A stretch of 64,000 bases of DNA, taken from NCBI RefSeq assembly GCF_001194135.2, contig NC_068983.1, forward strand, positions 37,078,807 through 37,142,806, given 5' to 3'. The DNA is from Octopus bimaculoides. Taxonomy: Eukaryota. Made by a program: the position numbers and the translations under genes. Below the pieces are notes generated by a model. That model had not been told where the DNA came from. It searched no databases and saw only the letters and a list, made by a program, of their open reading frames with translations. This document shows positions 34,908-48,511 of this stretch, piece after piece (position 1 is the stretch's first letter; every line of letters begins with the position of its first letter).

Positions 34908-37900
34908 GGCAAAACTGCCGACCAGTTGAGCTGATCCTAAAATAAATAAATTTAACAATATTACAAATTGTTGTCACAATTACTATTGTTATACAGATGA
35001 TTTACATGCAAGACTCATTTATATATTTATTTTTTATAATAATAAAAAGAAAAATTTTAGGATCTACTGTGTAGAAATTAATACAAAAATAAAAATAATA
35101 AATGCAGTATATTACAACACATTGTTGCTGATGAGTCCCAAGTTGGTCATGATTGAGTAGATCTATGATGAAAGACAGTCCAACTGTGAACATTCTGTCA
35201 TTTTAATGTGTGCAAGGAACCTAGGATTACATTATCCAATGTGTCCTTTCTAAGAGTATGATTTGAGAGGGATTTGGCTCTCACACCACAAAGGCTCCTA
35301 TGATAATGGATTAGGTTCAGTTTACTTCTAAGAAAACAGTTTTAACAGCTCAAAAACAACAAGAGTACATTCTAGATATAACTTTTATATGTGTTATAGG
35401 CAGGGTAGGCAAAGACATGGCTGCAAGAACAACACAATGCCTCCAGCTAAAAGTAAGTCACTAATTGTTAAGTATAGTGTTCAGCAGATCCCACAGTTAC
35501 AGTTCCAAATAATAGTCTGCATTAACTGAAAATAATAATAATATACAACAAAAACTGAGAAAGGTGGTCATTAACTAGTTATTATTCCTACTCTCTATGA
35601 ACCATCTTCAAAAGAAAAAGCCTAAGAATGACAGGTAAGACAAAAGAAAATCACTAATATACAGAGAAAAACTACATTGCAATTATTTTAAAGGGGTTTA
35701 AAAGAAACAAGAAAAGTTCCTGAATCCATTTTAATGATAGAGGATTACTATACATGTTTGTGTATAGGATGGAATTTATTAGCTCCTCTGATTTTGAATC
35801 ATGCTCCAGAATTAAGTCATCTTTAACACCTAATACAAAATCTGAACTATAATATTGCAGTTTATCCATCAATCAAGATAGAAGACAGTGTAAAACACTT
35901 GCTATGGTCCAACTGTTCAAAATTTTCAACTGAAACTTACAGAAAACCTGCCTCAATAAACTTGTCTCATCCTTGCAAGCATGGAGAAGTGATGTTAAAA
36001 TGATGATGATGATTACATTTGATTAAGAAAGCTAATTATATGAGCAGCCTTTAATTGCCAATGAGGGAGCCTCAACAAAATTAATGGCCTTGCTAGATAT
36101 AACAATAACATCTTTTCAAACCATATCCTCACTATCTAATGAAAGATGCATTGGACAATGTAGTCCATATAACTATGTTTGAAAAAAAAAAGAGAAAAAA
36201 AAAAAAAANNNNNNNNNNAAAAAAAAAAAAAAAGAGAAGCTTGTCATGGCTGGGTTTAACCCCCTGACCTGGGGTTAAAGAACAGCAGTAACTAAGAGAG
36301 AGTAAACTTCAACGCTATATTTAAGTTATGCCACATAACAAAACAAACTAGAACTATATAAAAACTTGATACACTACATAAATATTAACACGAATTTTTG
36401 CAGCAATTGTTTATCAGCTTTTTGCAGGAAAAAAACAAAACAATGATAAAATCAATTATCCAACATTCAGATGAATGTTTTGTGCATGAACATGAAGTCT
36501 TGCTGAGATGATTTTTGTGGTTAGTGCTAACAACAGATTCCTGTGGTGTAAACAATCTTTCATATTGTGGAAAAGGAATGGTACGTGTGTGTGTGAAAGA
36601 GTGAGGGGGAAGAGAGAAATGGCATGCACACACATACATATGTGTGTACACAGACAATTTAATGCTTGGTGGTGGTTTCTAATTAAACTGTGGAATATCC
36701 ATAGGGGTCAGCTAGCAAAATTAAGTTTTGTGAGACTTTTTGTCACACTAAGGTAAAATTTTATGCATGCAATTTACCTATATTATTCTAATAAGAATTG
36801 AAATCATAACTGAGCAGCTGTTAAAACTTGGGTTTTAACACAAACATTCTCACAGAAAAATGTACATCTTACATACAGCAAATGGATAATTTCATTTATA
36901 TATTTCCTCCAGTGTAAGGCTTAATAAACAAACTATAGATAATTTTTTTTTTTTTAAGTGATACAAAAATATGAGAATATATTTCAGATGATTCTGCAGG
37001 TCTAAATGTGCTTCTTTATCACCCTACTAATCTCCCATCATGTCACAAGTTAGAGGAATGGCATCACATTGGATCTGTCAGTATTCAACCCACACCTACT
37101 ATCATCCAGTTTTCTCTTGTTCCCACTCTTCCTCCAATCATGCATTATTGACATCCATCACTCCAGCTCTCTTACTTTCACCTACTTTTATCCATCATTA
37201 TCACTCAGTCATTCTCTCACCACTACTTCTGCTCATGCTGTTCTTATTTAATCTCCTTACAAACAACCAGCATTAAGTTATCACTTTCTTTACTATCTCT
37301 ATCTTTCACTCACTTTGGTTCTCCTTTAATCACTCTTCTACTTACCAAAGGACAAGACAACCCAGAGCTTCTAGTGGACAAATGAACACAGACAACATAA
37401 GACAGTGAAGGCTAATCTAGCAGACTAACACCGCAATGAACGTACACTCAGTACACGGTCCATGTCATTGTGGTCGGTCAATGACTGAAGACAACGTAAA
37501 GTAGGACACGATGACCTTTCTAGTGCTGATACCATAATAAAATGTACCCAGTAGGTTCTGTAAAATTGTTAGCAGTAAGAAGGATAACAGCCATAGAAAA
37601 TATCGTCAAAAATGGAATATACAAAATAGGGTCCCCCAATCTATCTAGAAGGCACTAACTGTGAATAACTGACTCAAAGCAGAATAACACACCCATCCAA
37701 TCCACAACAAAGACATGAAAGTGATGATGATGAAATTGTTATTATCATACCACACTGTATCAAATCTATCACAGAATATACTTTATAACAAAGGAATTTG
37801 CAGGGTTAACGGGACATAAGTTAAAAGTATAGAAGATGGTAATCTTAATTGCTCTTTCACCTGAGTACAGAATGTCAAAATTTATGAGTGATAGCAAAGA

Positions 37901-37963
37901 GGACATCAATTAGCAGTCTCTATATGTGATGCATTGTTTTTGGTTTGTTAACCTTACGTTGTA

Positions 37964-38490
37964 CGAGTTTGGTGCAAAAATAATTACAGTTTTTAATCAA
38001 CATGTGTAGCATCCATTTGTTGAACATTTTTTTTTGATCTTCCAGTGTAGTGCAAATGTTGATCAACTGTTGAATGGTCAACATTCTGCAACCTCTCAAC
38101 TTTTGCAAGGATCTACTTCAATAATGACCCTCAACTGGTCACTGTCAATTGCAGAAGGTCACCTGAAACCTTCATCTTTCAAGGTTCTCATCTCCACTAA
38201 GAAATTTTTTTAATCAATGTTACATAGTATATTTGTTGAGAATCCCCTGGTTGATATAAGCAGTCTATTTTGAACTCCTACAAAAATCTTTCAAATTAGC
38301 ACTATCACCCACCATCTTTCAATTAAACAAGTATAAAAAGTGAAGGCAAAACTATTGGCATAAATTAATAGACTCAAATTTGCATCCCCAAATGGTTTAT
38401 TACATGAATATAGTTCAATAAAAGTTTATTTCAAAATAAGCATCAAAATTTAAAATATCAAAATCTGCAATTTTTTGCATCAATCCAACA
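37964..38490 (-). mobile_element. Internally deleted mariner-type DNA transposon remnant
   Basis: TA followed by a TIR-like GTTTGGTGCAAAAATAATTACAGTTTT, with a degenerate reverse TIR at ~38460-38490. The frameshifted minus-strand reading PSAIDSDQLRVIIEVDP...DHSTVDQHL...KWMLH resembles a mariner transposase N-terminus. Confidence 0.75.
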
Positions 38491-38860
38491 ATATTTGTGA
38501 AAATACTAGACTTTAATTTAGACTGATATAGTGAATAATATGCACTTGAGTTTTGTGTGAAACAAGTTTTGAGTTAAATCACAGCCATAGTACATGTATA
38601 TAAACTTGACACATATGGTACCTGGATGATGAACAGAGAAAGATCCATTCAAAATGGTCTGGTTCTATTATTTTAAAGAATAGCACCTTTTACACCTTAT
38701 ATACCAACCCATCTGAGATTGCCTCTGTTCTTTGATGCAAAAACCACCTATTTAAATTATTCATGTTTATATTCAAACCTTACCTCATGGTTTTATGTAA
38801 GAATCTTTTGTTATCTACACACATATTTTACTAAACCCCTAAACAAATTTTATCAATTTT

Positions 38861-39090
38861 TTCTTTTATTCTTTTACTTGTTTCAGTCATTTGACTGCAG
38901 CCATGCTGCAGCACTGCCTTTAGTTGAACAAATTGATCTCAAAACTTATTCTTTGTAAGTCTAGTACTTATTCTATCAGTCTCTTTTGCTGAACCGCCAA
39001 GTCATGGGGACGTAAACACATCAGCATCAGTTGTCAAGCGATAGTGGAGGAAAACACAGACACAAACATACACACACACACACATACATA

Positions 39091-39133
<43 letters not shown>

Positions 39134-39290
39134 GACAGGCTTCTTTTAGTTTCCATCTACCAAATCCACTCACAAGGCTTTGGTCAGCCCAAGGCTATAG
39201 TAGAAGACATTTGCCCAAGGTGCCATGTAGTGGGACTGATCCCAGAACCATGTGGCTGGTAAGCAAGCTACTTACCACACAGTCACTCCT
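38861..39290 (-). mobile_element. Full-length SINE family 1
   Basis: Same head, core and tail, with internal (CA)n(TA)n. Confidence 0.9.
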
Positions 39291-40339
39291 GTGTGTAAAG
39301 AAATTAAATAAAACAAATAGTGGGTTTTGTCACAGGAAAGATTAAAGCATGTTAGAAACATCTTTCAAGGGTACTGCATAACTAACAAAGTATGTTAACA
39401 CAATACTGAGTTCAAGTTCCTATGCAGACATGAACAAGACAATAAGAAATCCTTCCTCAGGAAATCTACAGTCACTAGTTGCCTTTAACTCATTAGTTGA
39501 CATTATTAACCCATTCATGGAAATATCTTAAAGTTAAACAAGTAGTTATTTTTTTGTGTAATACACTACCTGTTTGTTTCAATTAATCTCATCAACATTC
39601 AAGTATTTGGCATTATTTAGTGAGTTAACTATATTAAGATGCATAAAGGTGGTGAGCTGGCTGAATTGTCAGAAAGTCAGACAATATGCTATGAAATATT
39701 TATTCCAGCTCTTTATGTTCTGAGTTCAAATCCCAGAGGTTAAACTTTGCTTTCATTCTTTAATGATTTATAAAGTACCAGTTAAGTACTGGGGTTGGAG
39801 GTATCAACTTAAGTACTGGGATTGATTTGTTGGACATAAAACAAAACAAAACAAAGATACAGAGATAAAATGTTGGCACAAAACCAATTATTTCATCCAT
39901 CTACTCATAAACTTCTTAAGAGAGCTTTGCTTACACGTGGAGATGTTTTAGTATTTCAAGTACATACCACTTCCCACACATATTCAATCTGTAGGTGAAG
40001 TTGTTATATCACAGAGTGAATTAATTAGCCATTTTACATTTTCTAAGCCAGAAACTTTAACGATAATATTATTCCTGACAAAAACAAATAAGCAGCTGTA
40101 AAAGTTAATTACAATTTAATTTTGTTTTTAATTTGTAAATTTTAACTTTCTATTGTTTGATATGTACATCATCATCATCTTGAGTATGTGTATCCCAGTT
40201 TTAGAATCACATCCCTGCCTGTCAGAAGAGGCTAAAAGGGTTGGCATAGAGAGAGCATCTGTTCTTAAAACACTACCAAAGAAAACTCATTCAACCTATG
40301 TCAACATAGAAAAGAACACAAAATGATGGCACTTTAGAG

Positions 40340-41190
40340 TAACTAACAATTCAGGTATACTAATGGGTATACACAAGTTCCACAGGCACTCATGTATTCT
40401 TTTCTACTCTAAGCACAAGGCCTGAAATTTTTGGGGAGGGGGTTAGTCAATTTGATTGACCCCAGTATGCAACTGGTACTTAATTTATCAACCCCAAAAG
40501 GATGAAAGGCAAAGTTGACCTTGGCAGAATTTGAACTCAGAACGTAAAGGCAGACAAAATACCGCTAAGCATTTTGCCCAGCATGCTAACGTTTCTGCCA
40601 GCTCACCGCCTAGACAGGAACTCATGTATGCTGATGATCTAAGCCTCATAACTGAATAGGAATTCCAAACAAGGAAGCAGCATCTGGAGACAAGAGGCCT
40701 CTCAAAGTAAATCTATCAAAGGCAAAAGTTTTAATTAGCAAGAAAAATCACAAGGCTACTGTCATCATGGAGGTAGCCATGTTCAATTTGCAGAAAAGGA
40801 GTAGGTAGGAACTCTGTATGAAATGTAAACTGGGTGCACAAGAGATGCAATGGAATTACATTAAGCTGACAAAAGAAAAAAGACTTTATATGTAGCAATT
40901 GCAGAAGTATAGCAGTAAAAGGAACATAAAAAAAAAAATCAGATGTAGCATAAAAGAGAGGAAATGACACTCATGCAAACATGTGATGTATGTATAGAAG
41001 ATGACAGCTAAATAAACAAGTGCCTAGCAAACGAAATGAAAAGAAGCAGTGGAAAAGGAAGGCGAAAGAAGATGAGGAAAGAAGTGCTGAAAGCTGACCT
41101 CAAAGAAGAGATGATAAAAGACCACAACAAATGGTATGACAATTGGCTCAAGAAAACCTGGCAACCTATGCGATCATGGAAATGACATAA
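40340..41190 (+). mobile_element. Decayed RTE-clade LINE ORF2 (reverse transcriptase) fragment
   Basis: ELMYADDLSLITE* at 40618-40659, followed by degraded LE..GL.VN..K.KV and PCSICRKGVGRNS...WVHKRC segments, with stops and frameshifts. Confidence 0.8.
40399..40611 (-). mobile_element. tRNA-derived SINE family 3, inserted into an RTE fragment
   Basis: B-box-like GTTCTGAGTTCAAATTC on the minus strand and a body containing GGATGAAAGGCAAAG. Many other copies, e.g. 9890-10110, 18750-18915, 39640-39830. Confidence 0.85.
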
Positions 41191-43342
41191 AATTGACAAT
41201 TATGGAAATAGTGATTATATGTACACATACACGCACACATATGCACTTGTATGCATGCACACACACAAACACACATCACCTCTAAAAGAAATACTGTTAC
41301 CTTCTTTTTTTATGACTTCGGGGAGAAGGCAGCACCCATGACTTTGGTGGGAGGAAATTATTCAAAAACTGGAAACATGGTCCAAATATTTGCAATGCAG
41401 TGCACTTTACTAAAGGCATCCTAAGGCCAGGTGGTGGTAGTGGTAAACAAACTGGTTAAATCTATTTTAATTAACTAAATAAAATTAAGCTTACATTAAC
41501 CAATTTAATCCAGTTTTGTGACAAACACAATGACATGAGAAGGAAAAAAAAGACAAAAGAAGTTATTTCTGATCTATATATTCATTATTCTCTTAGCTCC
41601 CTAATCTTAATAAGAACTTGAAATTTTGTGGAACAAAAGCAAAATAGTTAAAAATAGACGAAAAAGTTATTTATTTTGTTTCTCATTATATAAAATACAG
41701 GTTTAGGAAAGCGGACAGAAAACATTTGTCTAGATTCAATAGACAAAAGAAAATATTTCACACTAAGTTTATAAATTATTTATTTTTAACTTTCAGCCTG
41801 GGAACCTTGTTCTGATAACAGGTTTCTTATTATTGTCTTTTCTGTTTTATTTGGTTACCCGAACATGTGAAACAGTGAGCAATGATTGGTAAAGTTTTTC
41901 AATTTCCCCCACTCACCCTCCAACTCTGATGCTTTACTAATCAAAGCAACACCAAACAATAGTCACAAGAAACAAAATTCAGCTTCGATATATGATATAC
42001 TCTATATCATGTATTGAGTACTCCTCATTCATTTATAAACTTTAACATTTGAATGTGTGCATGTGTGCATGCACACATGCATTTGGCATGTCTGTATGGT
42101 TAAGAAGCTCACATTGCAACAAGATTTTGGGTTCATTCCCAGTGTGACACCTTGTGTAAGTGTCTTCTATTGTAGTTCCTCCACTGACCAATGCCTTGAG
42201 AATGAATTTGGTAATGCATTTGTAAGAAAACCTATCACATGTGTGTGTGTGCGCACACGCGCATACATGTTCAACATGTAGCACTGTTAATTCAGACACT
42301 TTTTTTTCTCTTGAGTGTAGGGTTGAAATGTCAAAAAGTGTTCTTCCATTTTCCCAGTGTCAAACTAATACCCCTCCCCACCAATTTGTTGTTCTTTTAC
42401 TTGTCTTTTCTGTTTGTATATTTTAAAACCATAAACAGTTTGTATGAGTGTATCTTTGTGTATGTAAGTCTCCCACCCACTGTTTGACAGCCAGTGTTGG
42501 TTTGTTTACATCCCTGTAACTTAGCAGTTTTGGCAAAAGAGACAGAATAGGCACCAGACCCTTTAAGGTGGTACTCCAGTTCTTCACTGTTTGAAGCACT
42601 GGAGCCATGGATATGAATCTAAGATCTCAGATTTATCTAATCACAAATTATCCTTAGAGAGACGGTACCCAAAATTGATAGAAATAATTATAATAACAGA
42701 GGTTTTAGACAGGAAAACGAGAACCTAAATATAGCTATACACTGTTAAAAGTTAATATTCTTGTGCTTAGTTATAACATATGTGGTTTTATCTTGGCATA
42801 AAATAACCATGTTTGTCTGGATACATTTTGGCACTAAATCAAATATACAATTTATTTCAAACTGACTGACTTTCTTCAACACATTTTTCTATTTAGAAAA
42901 AGTAAAAATTTTCAATTCTTTCGCATGAAAGATTTGAAATTGCTGAAAGTTTCCAACTGTACAAATAACATTCTTGGCACAAGTAAAAATCAAGATAATA
43001 AACTTCATACATGTTGAGTCAATGTCGTAACTTTTATAAGAGAAAATTATCATACTTGTTCCTCCTTACAAAACAGTGATTGGTATCAAGAGTGATATTA
43101 AAAAAAACAATAACCAAATTTAAACCAAATGAAAAACCACAAAATTATGTATTTAAGACAGAAGATAAAATCATTTCTACATACTGCGTTCAAATTTTGG
43201 CACAAGATCAGTAATTTCAGGGGGTGGGAGTAAGTTGATTACAACAACCCCAGTACTCAGCTGGTACTTGGTAGGATCAACAAAAGAAATATTCCATCCA
43301 GTGAGCGATAAATATCATCAAAATCCTGTGTATATCAAATGA

Positions 43343-43378
<36 letters not shown>

Positions 43379-44570
43379 NNNNNNNNNNNNNNNNNNNNNN
43401 NNNNNNNNNNNNNNNNNNNNNNNNNNNNNNNNNNNNNNNNNNNNNNNNNNNNNNNNNNNNNNNNNNNNNNNNNNNNNNNNNNNNCACATACGGGCACTGC
43501 TGTCCAGTCTCCTCCTTAACAGCCTTACCACTCATCCTACACCCACTGTGGCTTCCCCTTGATTCCATTCTATTTTCTTGCTACCTAGAGCCATTTAACT
43601 GTTAGCCATTCTTCATTCATTAATTATTGTTCTCTTCACTCACACAATACAGTGTTCTCCCACCACTGAACCATCAAATTATTTCCCCTCGTGCACTATG
43701 CTAATTTCTGCCCACTTCTTTTCAACACATTTATCAAAGCCATAAATAGCAAAATTTCAGCACCGAAATAGCAGCAGATTGCAAATTCTACATTAAATGT
43801 CCAGATTTGGAAACTAGACAAGCTTTCAAAGCAAAAAATATTCACATTAAAAGCTAAAAATACAATTTTAATTTGTGAAAGAAAAAAAACCCAATAAAAT
43901 ACTATATGAAGTTAAACGGTTTTCAAATGAGCATGTTTTCAACATCAAAGTAAGAGTATAATTAATCGATTTCCCAAACTGCCATACCCATGTTCACACT
44001 AATTAATAAACCGTTCATTTAAATTAATCAAACTGTACTTTGGCTGTTGCATATTATTTTACAGGTTTCAAGGAACCTAATATGCAAATAAGAATGAATG
44101 CTACTTGAAGGGATGCAATAATAAGCAAAGTAGCCAATTATTGATTAACTGACCTAGCCTTATAGGCCAATACCAGGCGATCAGTTGCTGATTATTTATA
44201 ATGTAAATATGGATTGTGTATTGTAATTAATCGTCATCACCATTTAATGTCAGTTTTAGGACGTTTTACAGATGACAGGTCAGAGGACTGTGCCAAGCTC
44301 CAGTGTCTGCTTTGGTATAGCAACCTTGGTCGGTTGACCCTTCCTAACACCAAGTAGTTTACAGTGTGTACTTTTTAGATGGTACCAGTACCAGTGAGGT
44401 CATCGAGTAACTTGCAAGAAGATCTCTCAACTGAGGTGGTAGGAGTAGTATTGAGGGAGATGGCTTTGTACCAGGCGATGAGAGGTTAAAATCTGACAAA
44501 GGGACAGAAATAGGGTACCTTGCTCTAGAGGAGATACATAGCTTCCTCAGTAGGAAAAGAGAGAAGATAC

Positions 44571-44605
<35 letters not shown>

Positions 44606-47600
44606 TTGAAATGAGTTTCCAATTTGCAATTACTTTCAAACAAATTTTATAATCACAATATAGACTTGTGACAGTATAGGGTATTCACTTAATTCCTATA
44701 TTTGGTTACAAAATTTTCATTTTTCTTAAAGAGGGTTAAGGTAACAGAAACCATTATTAATGGAATATTTCTGAATACCTTTAAATAAATATGTAACTGG
44801 AATCTTTATAATATTCAAATCAATTCCTTTTTAAAAGATCAGTTAAGCACACACTGACATCCCAAGCAATTTCCCGTTGTGTAGATCAGTGCATTCAAGG
44901 ACTGGGAATGAGATTAAATTACACTGATTAGATTATATTTCCTCGGAAATAGGTTTCAATTTATTATATATATTATTGAATCCAATGTCTATAGAATTTC
45001 TCTATAACCCATGGTTTTCTTGCTCCAGCATATACATGCCTATCAATAAGAACAGCTAAATACATAATCTGATTTATACCAAAAGGCTGAAACCAATCAT
45101 TCGGCAAAATGGCTAATTAGTTGGTGTAACCATAGCTGCTTTATTACTTAAAATCCTACCTCTATACATAGTGGAAATGCTCAAGAAGAGATGACATTAG
45201 ACCACCAGATTATATCATTAGCCATTTCTTTATATCTTTCGAGAAAGTATATTCTACTTTGCTTCAATTTTGTTCTCTTTTTTTTATATCTCTTCTTTCT
45301 TGTAAAGCAATGTACAGAAAATGCTAATGTGAAATTAATGGACGTGGTGCAGAGGGGTGGGGAGTCTTTCAATGTGCTTGTTTTGAACGTATATCTGAAC
45401 ATGTGCTAACATCAACCATTAAGTGGTTGTGTATCAATCTTATTTTTTTCAGCTTTGGATACTCAGTTTCACATTAACCAAGGAATAAATACTAAACTAT
45501 TCATCCAAATAAATTAATGTAGTCAGACTATGCTCAAGTATTGCACTGTATTCTACATGTCTCAGTGAAGCTGAAGTGAAAATAATCATTACTGATGCTT
45601 CACTGAGCAGCTGGCATTAACTAAGATCTTTCATCCATAAATAACCAATATAAACACACATAGACACACACACCATTTGGCTGACATTAACTAAGATCCT
45701 TGAGCTATAAATAACCAGCATAAACAGGGAACAAGCACAACGGTCAAATGAACATGACATCAGTTCATTAGTTTATATATATATACCATTAGACAATTTT
45801 ATATCTGTGAAATTTTTTTTAAAAATAAAATAAAAGTTAATGCTTTCTTGACTTCAATTTAATAGTTAAGTAGACAGGCTCCAACTAATAACTTACAAAT
45901 TAACATTATGAATCCTATGAACTATTAAAGATCTGTAGCACAATATTTAAGTTAAATTAATCGAATAAAGGAGCTTCTAAATAGTTGCTCTAACAGTATT
46001 CATTATAGTAGTGAAATATCTTTTAAACTCAAAACTCAGGCATAACTGCGAGGCTAAGAAGTTTAATTCCCAATCACATGGTTTCATGTTCAATCCCACT
46101 GCAAGGCACCTTGGGAAGTGTCTACTTCCATAGCTCTGGGCTGACTAAAACCTTGTAAGTTTGGTAGAGGAAAACAAAGAGGCCCATTGCATATATATGT
46201 ATATATGTGTGCTTGGTGTGTGTTAGTGTCACTTTGCATCAGTATCAGACAAGCGAGAGTTGATGACATGAAGGACATCCGTCCATAGAAAATAGGCATC
46301 AACAAATTCTTGTCCAATCCATGCATAGACAGGTGGATGTCAAAATGATGACGACGACTATATTTCTGCACATCGTAGAAGAAAAATAATTAAAAAGGTG
46401 TTTAAAAGATTTCATTATGCAAATATCCATAAACAGTAGAAAAATTATCAATTTATTATTTTAAATCATTCATTTAGACAAGTCATCCCTTATTTCTTAC
46501 CAACAACAGCATTAATTAGAAAAAAGAAAACAAAGCAGCAAAAGTAAAGATATGTTTAAAAGCATTAGGTAACCATATGTAAATATCTAAACTGCAAGCA
46601 GGTGAGAGGAACCTTAATTACTTGGCTTCACAGAAGCAGGCAGAGAATCTAATCTACTTCAAGTCACAGCCTACCAATAACGGACAAGATAAAAAAAAAA
46701 AAATGTTGTTCTAGACATGCTAGGCTGAAAAAAAAAACCCATAGATTTGTTCTGTCAAGATCAATCAAGAAACGTTTGAAGTTCAACAACATAACATCCC
46801 ACAGTATAAATTTACAATTCAGCATCATTAAAATTACATGACAAACAGAATATGTTCAACCACAGTTCAGAACTGACTGAACACACCTATGATCAAATGT
46901 CTCCCAGCCATTACCAACCCTTCTTGTATTCAAGAATAGTGTAACTAAGACTACATTATTGAATATGTTCTTTTATTGTTGGGACAGTAGAATGTGATTT
47001 GTGGAAAGGGAGGGGGATTTGTTATTTTTAACAAGCCTAGCAACCACACAGATGCTTCATGTCGCTTGCTATTATTAATTGTCATGAACAGAAGTATATA
47101 TTGTAAATAAGAGACACCAATTAGCTACCATCATTGCATAAAAGAGTTTCTAAAATGCATCAAGGCAAAATGGTTCTCTATAATTTTAACTGTTAACAAA
47201 CAGACTAAGACTTCATCCTTAGAGCAAATATTTAAAATATTCTCCCTATAGCCAACAATGGTTGCTAATTAAAATTATTATTTTTATCTTCTAGTCAGGA
47301 TGGAAGGTATTCAATCAGCAAAAGTTTGATGAAATTTTAAATACCAGCCAGCACAAACTTTACAATAAAATATCAGTAAAGTATTTGATGGCATATAAGA
47401 AGCAGTTTTGTTTCAGAAAAAAAAAAAAAGTTTCAAAAATTCACACTGGGTCCTATAAGTTGGGATTCCCATAAGCTAAATTTGTCATAGACACTCATTT
47501 TTTCTTGAAAACTCACTGCTAAAATGGAGTGGGGTGGGTCTAATATGCCTGTTCGTCTTTTATCCCATCAAATACTATATATTTTGTTATAGAAAACACT

Positions 47601-47851
47601 GTATTGCCCCTGGCCTCACCCCACAACATTGTATCTCAAAATCTCTATGCATCCGACATTCATAAATTTAGGGTTTAACATTATCTGTTCAGCAAAGAGT
47701 CCAAGACACAAAAATTGTGGGCTCATATGTTGACCAAAACAGTGCCAAATATGTAGGCAGTCATCATGAAAACACTTGACAAAAAACATTACATTCCAGA
47801 AACTAAGTTGTAGTTTTGGGATTTTTTCATTGAGAAAAAGAAAATGGAATA

Positions 47852-48249
47852 CATCAACAACATTTTAGGGTTCATTTTTCCATGCTTGCATGAGTTGGAT
47901 GGAGTTAACTGAGGTAGATTTCCAATGACCAGATACACTTCCTATTGCTTACCTTGCCTATTTCCAGCAAGGTGGTATTTCCCCAAAGCCAGACATGATC
48001 TTGCAGAATATTGGAAATTAATGACACTGCTTCTATGATGATGACAAAACAAAGAAACACACACACACACACATGCAAATATATGTATAAGACTGGCTTA
48101 TTTCTATTTCTGTCCACTAAATCCTTTCTCAAACCTTTGTCAGCCTGGAGTTAGAGTAGAAGACACAAGTCTAAAAGACTACAGAGCAGTACTGAACCCA
48201 GGAACATGTAGCTGTGAAACAAACTTATAATCACACAGCCACACCTGTA
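47852..48249 (-). mobile_element. SINE family 2
   Basis: Tail, body, core and head all present in reverse orientation. Confidence 0.8.
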
Positions 48250-48288
48250 TTTAATCCAACAGTGTTTTTACATCTGAAATGTAATTAA

Positions 48289-48511
48289 TCCTTTCGATAC
48301 CAACCCGGCTGAAACCACCTCTGGCTCTGTAGTACAAATGTCTTGTTTTCTTAAGTTCTGAATTAAAATCTTTCACTAAACCTTAGTCACAATTTATGTT
48401 TCTAACACCAGCTTAATGATAACTAAGTCATTTTACTAAATTATTTGCTATATCTAAAATTAACTGAAAGAAACACAAAGCATCTCAAAAATAAATATGG
48501 TAACAAAAGGG
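48289..48511. mobile_element. piggyBac-type MITE, same family as 13294
   Basis: TTAA flanks and a colinear internal sequence. Confidence 0.8.

Larger units (their letters stand above)
508..34936 (-). other. per: period circadian gene locus (coding span). The 5' UTR and promoter probably extend to ~57.8 kb; the 3' end is at ~386 or beyond the window start.
   Basis: Exon chain with consistent phases: 2579 visible coding nt from the ATG at 34907 to the donor at 508, plus a part hidden in the N gap. PER motifs occur in the expected order: QPSTSGCSS, GTLTALQHV, LGYPKDSWRG, LLGFLPQDLIG, ETEW..QWTKRLE, YEQLNY..NIRRFL, LTPEVLRMHT. Confidence 0.95.

Noticed and set aside
37346-37370. 25-nt exon-like segment with a GTAAGT donor (similar donor-like sites at 1400 and 53330)
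   Set aside because: They lie within repeat elements and are not needed for phase continuity.
41301-41420. Possible minus-strand exon with donor AAG|GTAAC
   Set aside because: No clear polypyrimidine acceptor and no useful frame.
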